Shown: in pieces, positions 39,001 to 51,000 of the stretch | Layout of the letters: the number at the start of each line of letters is the position of its first letter | How positions within the stretch are numbered: the stretch's first letter is position 1 | Origin: Fimbriosthenelais zetlandica | Lineage: Eukaryota | DNA length: 64,000 bases | Assembly (NCBI GenBank): GCA_977030845.1 | Contig: OZ365112.1 | Location: forward strand, 15,996,001 to 16,060,000 | Reading direction: 5' to 3' | Notes under the pieces: model-generated | Database searches by the model: none | Told to the model about the DNA's origin: nothing | Seen by the model: the letters and a program-made list of their open reading frames with translations, nothing else | Made by a program: the position numbers and the translations under genes

Positions 39001-42000
39001 CATCCCTGGGCCCTCAAGGCAAAACAGGCCCTGCATTATGGACCAGTAGACTTTTTACTGTTAATTCTATGGGTCCTCAGGGCAATGGACACCTGAAGTG
39101 TGGTATTTAGTAAACAAGAGGCCCTCAGGCCAAAATGACACACAGTTAACTGCCAAGAGGTCCTTCAGTTTGCTAAAAGGCAGTACTCACTATTTAATGG
39201 GCAGTTTGTATCAATATAAACTTAGTGTGCAGTGTGCTTTCCCCATTACAAAGTACAGAAAGTGTCTTAAGGGAAAGCAAGTGCATGGTGGGGATGTGGA
39301 TGTAGAAGTGAAAGTGTCCTGAATGACCTTTCCTCCTTGGGAACAAGGTTATAAAATGTGGATGTATGAGGTGGGATCCATCAAACACAAGCCTAGCGTG
39401 TACTGATCTTGATGATAAGAACAGTTATGTGACTTCAAACTCACAATGGCATTCTAAACAATATGCCTCATGACAAAATAAGCTATTTATGACTTTCTTG
39501 GCGCGTAACATTATTCATATTTTTTTAAGCGGCACATACATTTGAGCCAGATTAATAATTAAGGCCATAGTTGGCAGTTGTGTCCTTTAATGATGCAGGT
39601 ATTTCCAGCAATTAGCGGTAATAAGTGCATTATTTTAGAAAAAAAAGTCTTTGTTATATTCGAAGGAAAAACATCACTTGTATTGTATTCATCTTGGTGA
39701 CTTACTTTGCTCGAGATATGTTGTCTTTTTGAATGATTGAAGTGACTGGATGAACTGAATCAGAGCTTTACGTTATACATAATCTTTCTCCCATGGCAAA
39801 CAGGTCACTTATGCCGAAGGTTACTCAAGGATAAAACTCGCTATACGTTTCACAAGTTGTTTCACAACGATTATATCTATACCTTCCTGTTTATGAGTAA
39901 AACATTGCCGTACCCCATACTCAAGGTTTGCAATTAATCCTAATATGACCCATTGATCACCTGTGAGGCTTGTTGATATCTAATTAACAGGAGCTTTGAT
40001 CTACATCATCTTCTAGAGCTTGTTAGGTTGAGTACATTGACGGTCTAAGGTCACAGTTGTATGTCGCTTTGAGGCCTATGACAGCAATTCCATTGCAATA
40101 TTCTGTTATTGGATACTAGGTGTTGAGACAACAGCTGGGTTTCATCTACTGCCTGCCTCAACCTATGAACCTGTCTTGACGGTTCTGTGTTGTGGGAAGT
40201 CTGAAGGGCAGCCTTGCTTGTGTTAACGTTTCACTCTCACATCCTCCTCATCCTTCTCCCCTTTACTCTTCCCCTTTTTCCTTCCCTTCCATCCCGTCCT
40301 CCAATTTCTTACTTGTCCCTCAACACCTCATACTTTCTTTTTAGATTTCCGTTAGCCAGAGCAGTTCCCTTTCATTGTCGGCCCTGTTTTTACCGAACCA
40401 CTATTTTTGTCTCGCATGCCTCCTTAACTCATTTCTTATCGCCTTTATCTATTCTATCACCGAATTTTGCTTGTCTTTCAGCACACCATACTATATTTTT
40501 GTCACATTTCATCTGTCTACTAAATTATTCCTTCCTCTTTTATTGCCCTTCAAATGTCTCCTCCAGTAGACTACATTATCCACTATATCAGTGCTTTCTC
40601 ATACCTCGGCCACCCTATGCTATCGTCCTTACACACTTGTATACATCAATCCTGGGGGTTAATGATCTTCACACCAGTACCTAACCCACAACAAACTGGA
40701 GGTGCCTCGGAGGGGACATGGTCAAGCGATTTGTTGGTCGCCAACGAGCCCACATTCCATATTATGTTACCATCTGAGGCCTTTGTTTATGGACGCTTGA
40801 GAGTCCCCCAAACCCACAGCCTAACTAGGGGCTGGCAACCTGAACTGACTTCAAACAGTTGGAGCAATAACTGGTCCACTCTCATCTACAAAGTGGCCGG
40901 CAAGTGCAGCTCGTCCTGTCTCCCCACCCCGCCACTCCATCACCGTCAAGACTGAGGGAGGCTGGCGTGCAACTATAGGGATCTGACTTTGGTCTGTGGG
41001 TCCTAATGTTTTCCTCAGCCCTTCCATGCCCCTCAGTGTAATACAACGAATTATGACGAATTTATTTCTAAAAGGAAATGCCCTGGTGAGAAAAGTGCAT
41101 AGAGAAACCACACTGGAATGCAGTTTGAAATTGATATGTTCTGCATTGATCACTGAATTCATGAAAGTATTTTTTTCAATCGGACCTTGATCATAGTAAT
41201 AATAATTAGATTAGAATCCCCCCAATAGGGGACCAGTCTAAGGGCGTGGGAAAATAAACTGACCCATATATAACAAATAGTGATGTGCTGCACTAAGGTT
41301 GTGATTCTATATGAGCACTGATATAATAGTGTGTTGTTGCACCTGCCCTTTCCCTCAACAGTTGGTGCTCCGAATTCATAAAGGAAAATCCCATTATGGG
41401 GAACATATTCTCCCAGATATTGTTACAAAGTAATTCTATTTTGGGTTAAAAAACATCTATGCATTAAAAGCTGTCAGAATAGCACTTTATTAATGTGATT
41501 GAAATAAATCCATATTTATCTGCAGCAGTGAAGATTACAATGGATGCTAACATCCATTTCTCTCCTCAGTATTTTATAATGAAAAAGTTGGGAGTGCTAT
41601 GGGACACACCTGGTAGCAAAGGTCATGTTCTTAGAATGAATAATTCCACTAAGATTGGTAATAAATTTGTCTGTAAAGAGGCGTATGAATACACATTACA
41701 GTGCTACACCGCCACCACTACACAATCAAGCCACATTCTTGTCAGTCTTGGCTGTCATCCTCATTCACATCGTATCCTAGCAACAGAGAATATGTTTACA
41801 GCCCTGTTTTCATATTGCCCAGCCCCTTCCTCCATGGCATTTGCGAGGGGTGGGTGGGGGTGTATGATGGATTCTACCCGCCCTCCCCTGGAGAAGCTCG
41901 CAATATATGACCTTGCAATCCCTCCCCCTTTCTCCTGTGTGCCTCCAGTGCATGAGGGATGGCTGTGTATAGGCCTCAGTCAAGCATACAAGTGATGAAG

Positions 42001-45000
42001 GAGGAGGCTGATGGAGGAGGGGGCTTCCCTCCCTCACTCACACCGCCCTACATAACACACTGACTATGACTTGCACCCTTTCTATCCCAGTACCCAGGCC
42101 TCCTTACAGCCTTCCCTACACTGCATTAATCCATAAATTAAGCAGAGGGCAGAGAGTGAGGGGAGACAGAGAGAGAGAGAGGAGGAAGAGTATGTGTGTG
42201 GTCTAGACCTGGACAAAGACGGAACGCTCATTAAACATACATCATGTCACAATAATTGGGTTCCTCCATATATGTCTACAGCACATCTGCTTTTAATTAA
42301 AAAGATATAGGTGTAATCTTGTATCATATTTCTTCTCAATTTATATCCATACCTCTGCTCTCTAGAAAAAAAACTTGTCTCAATTTTATGGTGATTGAGA
42401 TGGGGTATTCTTCAGCATCAAATAAATATCAGGTTTTCTTTTTAATTAACTCCCGTAGAATGAGAATATCGGAAACAATTTCATGAACTGCTCGTTCATT
42501 GATGTCAGATGATGACCATGGTAATGCTGGTTGTTGGAAGAAAGGTAAAAAAAGAAGTTCCTTCAGTTGAGTGCTACACTTTATAATTGTCCCAACATTG
42601 CAATTGCCTCTTGTGCCCCAGGACTTAGTCCCATACCGTTGCATGCATTCCTGTCCTTAAAGCAATATAAATCTCGTCCTTTACTGTTAAATGCTGCCCA
42701 AGGACACGACCAAAACTCTGCCGTGTCACGAGATTACAGTCATGTACATCTCAGGAGCTATGCTGCCCTGATTTCGTTTCCTTTTCTCTTCCCTCTCTAT
42801 CTTCACCCTCTGGACGTGAATTGTCGGGGGTTCGTGCTAGCGTCTTGTTAGGGCGTCGCGAACTCTCCACTCGGACCCTCAATGCGTCACGCAGTTCCGA
42901 GAGGTCCTTTTTATATCAAACCCATAACACAGGGATAAATAGATAGTAAATGTGGACCCTGGCATACCCACGTGTCAGCTATAGCATATGGACCGATTTC
43001 AAACAATGGGAAAAAGGTACTTTTCTTTCCATCTCTATGAAAGCGGACATAAAAAAATCAAGGGTATCTTTATAACACGTTCATGTCTTTTCCAAGTGAT
43101 TCTCCTTTACAAGACTGTTTTGGAGGATTGTTTTCCTATAGTGCATAGCAGAAAGCCCTCGAGCTGCCTATATTGAGGGAGTGAGCTCGCATACTGGGAC
43201 CAATCAAAGACCCTGCCATTTGGGAATTTAATACCTAGAGATGCCCTGAGGGGTGTGGTCAGTGATCCGTAGCCGGCCCACCCTTCCTCCTCCTCCCTCC
43301 CCCACCCTACCCTCCATACCCAGCCATGTTCCCCTCAGTCTGGGGAGCCCTATAGCACAACCCCTGAGGGCATTTGAGCTCTAGGTTCACCCCAGGCACA
43401 TATGGTGAACATATTCTCCATATCATGAACCTTATTTCCCCCTCCATACATCGACCCCCTCTGTAGTTCATGAATACTTTCATGATATCCTCGTGTAAGG
43501 CTGTTGTATATTGGTATTAGCTGCATGGTGTTCCGGTGGTGCTATTCTTCCTTATGTAAACCTGAAACTTCATGCTGATAGGTCCCATCTAAATGTATCG
43601 TTCTTATCAACAATCTAAGTTACCATTTGTCTTTGGCTTCCAACATAAAAGGCTTTTGTTAAAGCCTAAGCCTAACTTCAGAAACAAGATATATGACCCC
43701 AGCTAATACATTATGTATTTGCAGCCTATGCTTTGATAACGATCAAGCAGATCATTAGGGTTTAACCTATGTATAAATTTCCCGAGGTGTGTGTCTGTTC
43801 CACGCTGGCTCACGTGTTGATATAAATGGCTCTAACGTTATTTCTCCAGAGGTAACACAGTCAAAGCCTAGACCAGAAGCCTGTCAGGCCTTGTTATGAT
43901 ATGAGAACTGGCACAATAAGATTTACGAGGTCAATTTACCGTGGAGTAGCTCGCCTGATGAATATGAATGACGATTGACTCACAGAGCTGCGTGGAGCGC
44001 CCTGCATTGGCTATGATATATCGACACCCTACTGTTACAAGGCTAGAAATCAATAAGAGAGAGATGAGGTGTGTTGGATCCCTCCCTATCATGGCCTTTA
44101 CTCTATACTACATGCTGTAAAGAGTATAAGCCAATATATCTCTTGTATGTGAACGTTTCTTGCTTCTCTGAGATTGTGTGATAAAAGTCCAATAATTAAT
44201 CTGCCATCAGATACCTCAGTGTCTGCTTGATACGATCTAAGAGGACTGGCTTGAAGGGAGATCATTACCTACGTTATTACCAGTCTGTAAGATCACTCTG
44301 ACATGGTAGAGACAGTGTTACATTTTATATACAAGTTACTCCATGTTTATCTATGGAAATTCTGTCATATAATACTCCCTTTACTTCTACGGAGTTAGAT
44401 GAATTCGATCCCTATAGTTGTGAATTATATTCTTCCCACATTGTGGTGGAGAAATAAGGATTGTATGCCTTTTGGATGCCTTACTCTCTGGGAAGGAAGT
44501 TTTGTTCAAGTTAGTGTGCCTATAAATCCAATGTACTGTGTCACAAAAAGATAAACACACTTTAGGCAAATTGTTCCCATTCCGCAACACCCTCTCGTTT
44601 CCTGGCTGTTTTGTCTGCTCGTTTATAATGACATATATGACGTTCTCAAAGACTGGCTTTTTCATCCATTCAGTTCATCACAATTGTAACATATTATATA
44701 CATCATTTTAATAGATTTTCCGGCTCCCTGGCAAAGTCCCATTGATTGGTGTTGTATAAATTATCGTACAGTTTATTATGTCTTCAACATAATTTCACAC
44801 TTAACCTTCCTGAGCACATCCTCGAGGAAATCGATGTTTTGTGAAATTATTGTCAAACTTAAGTTATATAGAAATGCACCTGGTTTTATTGTGGGGAGTT
44901 AATATAGAGTGGAACCCACAGAAGATAATCACAGTCTACAATAGAGTATTTGTGTAAGGTACCATTATGATGTGCTCATTCACGTACTACTGTTAGACTG

Positions 45001-48000
45001 TAGTGAAGATGAACACTAAATATTCGGAGTGCAAAATCATTGCACTTCTTGGTGATCTTTAACAAATTGTTAAAAATAGCCATCATAATTATTTTGATAT
45101 TGTTGCTTCTGGTGCTGCATGCATTAGCTATTTCTTAATATCTGTCACATAAACTAGAATAACAAATAAAGTAATGTATGTTACCTTTTGTGTTTTGCAG
45201 GTCATGGGGGAGTGAATCAGCTAGGTGGCGTGTTTGTGAATGGGCGCCCCCTGCCTGATGTAGTTCGCCAGAGGATTGTGGAACTGGCACATCAAGGCGT
45301 CAGGCCTTGTGATATCAGCAGACAACTTCGGGTTTCACACGGCTGTGTTTCAAAAATACTTGGAAGGTGGGTACATGAGTCCATCCCAGACGCCTAAATA
45401 TCCCATATGAATGTTTTATCAAGAGTAATATTACCATAATTTCACATGATAATGCAATTGATTCTCCATAATTGCAAATATTTAAACTGCATTTTAGTAT
45501 ATCGATCAAGGATATAATTTTCTATGAGTTTAACATAAATTACACTTTTTAATTTATAATATACAGTCACGCAAATACACGCAGGCACGGTCTAATAATT
45601 AAAGAGTGTGAAATCTAATTATGCGTATTGCTTTAGGGAATTACACAAAATAATAGAAAAAGTAATTTTTCATCTGGAAATAGATAAACAATTAAATATT
45701 ATGCGCATTGCACTTGCTTTATATGATGTTAACAATGTTACATGTCTATTGGTAAAGAGGTAACAGGCTGGTTCACACAAAAGAATAACGCTTTTACTCA
45801 CAATATGAAAACTTTTTTGTTCCATATCACTGAATTATATTGCATGCATGCTTTCATGTTTAATATTGTTTATGTAATTTCACTAGGCTTGATTGTATAA
45901 ACAGTTTATTTTAGCCATAGGTAAAAAAGGTGCCGGGACGCTTGAAAGAAACCAGTGCTTCCTATTTGATAGGGTCAGGGTGTTTGAAGCTGGAGATATA
46001 ATGTGTGTTTTCAGTTGTAGGTGCTCGCGATGTATCCCTATAAACCACAGTTGATTAAGCTCCCACTTTGATGAATATTTCATTCCATTTAGTCCTCTAT
46101 GAATGGCGCTGATTCACATGCATGGGACCCATTCACCGGCAAGTGAACGCAGCGCGAACTCTGTTTATGTTTTCGCAAGAGTTGAATCCAATAACTCGCA
46201 TAGAAATTCCCCCAAGTGCCCAACAAAAATGCTTGACAAAAGACCTGACATGCGTTGGGGGTTGTGTGTGTTAGGCCTGCTATAGAGTAGTGAGGGTTTT
46301 GTCCAGGTGGAAAATGAGGTTAGTCTTACTGGTTTTGGTCGAGGCTTTACTTGTGAAATGAAGCAGGGAATAAAGCAGAGGGTAACAGGTGTATTATGAG
46401 GTTGAGCGTTCCATCACGTCAAACCCCAGGGACAACATGACGGAAGGCGTGAAAGGATCAGGTTTAATCTGCAAAAAGAAGTCGTGCATTATTCATATCA
46501 AACAAATGTACCATGCATGTTTAGCTTGTGTGCGGTGGCCATGCATTTAGAACCCATCTCAGCTATATATAACATATTTGTAACAGATTTATATGGTTTG
46601 TTTGCTTGTTAGCAACATATCCCACTTAGTATCCGAGCCTGGAGGATTTTATGACTACTTGTATCCATCCCTGTATACAACAAGTAAATAAGTTGTCAGC
46701 CAGGCTACTCAGTTGTTTATTCCCGTGAGTCAACCCACCGAATTCCTGAGCAGCTCCCAGCACTGAGATCTAATAGACCGCTGGCCGGTACTATAGAGGC
46801 AGACGAGTAGCTCTTACTGCAGCCCCTCCTCCCGCCGGTCACAAGCCATTACAGCATGGGACCTGCTCCTTCGATCTAGGCCACTAGCATGGAGCAGCTC
46901 TTTCAACATCAAAGCCTGCCGACGCTTAGAGCTACTCACAAGACACAAGTGTTTGTAAATGAGAACCAATCATGGCCACCACATCAAAGGCCTCCAGGTC
47001 TAATCCAGAAGATCCCCCTCTAAAACCGTCCGGATCGTCCTCCCTTGTAAGGGTTGGGGGTCAACGGGTATATATTTGTTAGTAGTGACAGGATTGGAAA
47101 TGGAGAAGCCCCACCACCCCCTGCATCCCCCGCCATCCCACGGCATACTTAGAATGTATCTGCATCCTTTGACGATGGCATGAAAAGAATCCTTACTTTC
47201 ACATCCTTTGATCTCCCGCATTTATTCCTTGCTTTATGACAGACTTCGGGCAACATTCTTGGAATTCATGATGAAATTGCCAACGGCTCTTTCTTTAAAG
47301 CTCCTTTATATCTAACTTTGTAAAGCTGTGAATTATCAGATCCATTTCCCTCACTATTATACATTTCTATTGATTTCAAAGTCAGAACAGTTCTAGAACA
47401 AGGTTGAAAAATCCCGAGTTTGTCGTCATCATAATTGTTCATGATTTCAAAGAAAGCAAGTCATTTTCAAGCCAGATCTCCATCCGAGCAGATCCCCAGA
47501 TTAGATCCTCTATGGCATTGCCAGCCCTAACTTTCTATTGATAGAGATGCGTGAAAAGCAGTCATTTGCTGGTGATTATTTAGCGCCCGATCTAACGAAC
47601 ATTGATCGTCAAAGCATTAACTCATTTGTACACTCGTGTCGATCAGCCCTCCCCCTAATTAGATTATTTCCTATTCATCAATGGGAGGCGCATAAATGAT
47701 GCAATTAATTACTGGCCTTGGCAAGTGTGGAGGATGGAGGGGGAGGGACGGGGGGCTCTATTACAGGCCTGGCACTCTGACAGACAAAGGCTCACAGAAG
47801 GTGGCGTTAACTTGCTCTGTCATTATTTGGGGATCAAGCCATGTCATCAAAAACACCAAATACTCACTTGAGAGCTACTCGAGCTGACTAGTCTAATAGT
47901 GTGATAGGAGGCGGTGGGAAAAACAGGGTGAAGTGGGTGCTGGGTGAGGGTCAAGAGGTTAGAGGAGGGTGAAGACAGGGCTGCCATTGAAGGGGTGAAA

Positions 48001-51000
48001 GTTAGCTGGTATTGCATGTGAGGTTTGCGCCAGTCAGATGAGCTGAATGCTGCCTGCCATGCTTGTAATTTGCACTAAATTTGAATGAATACGATCAGAT
48101 AACAGTCTACATGCTCGGGTAGCAGAAAACAACTCCCATTTTCATGTCTAATTCAGTGCCCCCTCAAATGAGAGATTAAGTACCGTGAGAGATGTCAATT
48201 AGTCCGAATATTTGACAATGGATTGTGTATTCCTCTCATTATTGCATGCAGTTGGAGTTCCAGGATTGGTGGGGATTGCTCTTTCCCCTTTTTAACAGGC
48301 AGGGTTACTTGATATGGCGGGGGATGGGCAAATAATTGGGTCTTGGAGGCTATTTTCACCCACCCAACTCATTGTGTCCTGACTCGGGGGAGTTGCTCAC
48401 GACATTCCGTGATTAACTCAATTATCAACCTCCTGTATCAACACATTTGACAGTTATCCCGCTTATAGAATGGCCTGAGAAAAGCAGGAAATATCACGCC
48501 CTGCAACCATTTCCAATTAATTCATTAAAATTACTAAATTTAAAAAGGCCACATCTTTTCGGAGAAAAATCCATTCAGTTGAACTGAATTTTTAATTTCT
48601 TTGGGAAATAATTCAAGCTTCGCCAGATTGTTTTGTAAAAGGGGACGCGTTTTGGGGAAGGTTTAAGTCAATCAAGCCCCGGGCGATCCCTGGATTTGGG
48701 AGACATTGATGGCCTGCGACTGGGCGATAATCTGGTTAAAGCTCACGACATTAAGGCCTCGTCCTAATGGAGCATCGCCGATAACACGACCTTATCGCCA
48801 CCCGCCGATTTTGCCTGCCTTCCTCAGGGACAACGTGAGCCAGATTCTTAAGATGTTCAATAGGATTTTATTGGAAATGATCACTGAGGCGAAAGTACCT
48901 TGTTCTGAGAATTCTTCAGAAGAATTGTGTCCCATCTGTGTAATTAATATTTGAAGATCCCTTAAGGAATACAGAATGTGCCATTAGCATGTAAACATTA
49001 GACCTATACCAGATATTGGCCAGTTCAAATTGCTGTTTAACTAGTGCCTGGTCTACTTCCAACATTGTGTGAAGAGATGAGTGACTGCTATCCCACCATA
49101 TCAGCTGGGGTGGAAAGTATAATACAGTGTAAAATGGGTAGCCAAAGTGTGGTAGCAATGACAGTAGTGGTGGAGAGGGGGCGGGTGCTAGGCAGGCCAT
49201 ATTGGCCGTTACTGCCGGCATGCCTAGTGATCCATTGCCGAACAAGATCCGATATTCATGACCCTAGAGGCTCGGCGATACAGGCTGGTCGAAAACCGGT
49301 GGCAGGCTCAGGGGAATTAATGTTCCGAGCCTGGTTTTGATTTTTATTAGCCAAGCTTGTATACTGGATCACCAAATCTTTATTCCTCCCTTGCTCATAT
49401 TCTTCACCCACGTCCTTCCTTCTTTTGTGTTTTGTTATATCTTTGGGTTGGCTTAGTCTTTAGCCGTCATTTACAACTATATAAACCAATATGACCATAG
49501 TGAATAGTTGGAGTTTGCTAGACAGGCTGAGAACTGGTTCAGTGTCAGAAATAAATTAGTTCTTCTCCCTGAGTCAGGTGATGCATTAAAGATGATAATA
49601 CGCCATGTGCCACCCATGGCACTTTGTTCACCACTTGCTTTTCTCTCTCCCATTCTGTCTAAATCGCCTGAAGGGCCCAGGAAGAAAAAATATGGCACGA
49701 CTGGTGTGATGGTGACATGGCGCACCGAATGGCAGCGGCCGATAATCGGTGCTCCGCCGATAAGAGGCGCGCGCACCATCCTGTACTCACCCGATTATCG
49801 CCCACTGCCGCCATGTTTATTTACACACGATCATGTGACTAAGAACATGATGAAGACGTCACACGATTCAAAGGAAACTATGTGGAAGTGTATATAGGCG
49901 ATCCAAACCCTCTAAAAGCAACTCCTTCATGGCTCAATATATTGACTGCCAATTGCTATACGGAAAAGTCCATAGTAAACACTGCCAATTGAATCTTGTT
50001 TTCCGCATATTTTTCAATGTGAGGAGCATGGTCAGGGCATAGGCTTCTGCCTATACACTTCCGGTCTGAAATATTGGAGATATTTGTGCCTGTTAATGGC
50101 CTGCACGAATGGCGGCCTCTCCCAGAGGACCTGTGTTGGTTTATGATAACCGTTTTCAGGAAGCCAGATCTATATAATGATAGAACGATAGCAAACACAC
50201 ACAGAGACACACCAGGCTTATTATCTTTCGGTCATTTTGCCTGGCCTGACATGTTATCTCTCTGCGAGTATGGCTTCAATCAGGACCAGCGTCGCTATGT
50301 AAATTTAATTAGACAATCAGCACCAACTCTAATACAAGCTCTAGCCCCGGGAATGATTAAATATAGATCCACACACAGATAGGGACGGGTGTTTCTCAGT
50401 AGTAATGTTCAATTTAATATCAAAGTCAGTCTGCCATGACGGAATTCTATGGAGAAATTTTCAGGAAAGTGAGAGCACATGTGGTGCCTTGTATACCACT
50501 CATTGGCTTATAACCTTTAAGGTTCTAGTTCCATTAAGTTGACCCTGGGTTCGGCGTCAGCAGAACTATAACTAATTTACAGTTGCTCAATACTTAAGAC
50601 CTCTAACTTTGTGGTAGAAACAGGGTTTCGACCCAGCTCTAACCTCATCAGCGCCATCTTGAAATTTAACAAAGGGCAGTTTCGAGAAAGTCAGGATACG
50701 TAATAAATATACCTGCCCGATGGAAAGCATTGCTATACCACTTTTTGTCAGTTTACTAATGAAAACTGGGCAATCTGGCGCCTGATTTTTTAGGCCATCA
50801 TTTATTCTATAATGGAACCTTTCTCCAATTTCATTATCCAATTTCTATATGCTATCTTTCATGGAAAAGAAGACGGTTGCCCATTTATCAAGAAGGCAAA
50901 AACGGTCTCAGGCTACGGAGTGGAATAGGGACGGATAGATGTAAAATTTGCATTGGGACTGCAGGAAAGCATTAACTTGCGTCCTGGAATAACAATTGGG

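Noticed and set aside
20894-41252. Scattered Su(H)/CSL sites (e.g. 20894, 28109, 41245)
   Set aside because: Several are expected by chance in 64 kb, and no paired site with the ~15-17 bp SPS spacing was found.
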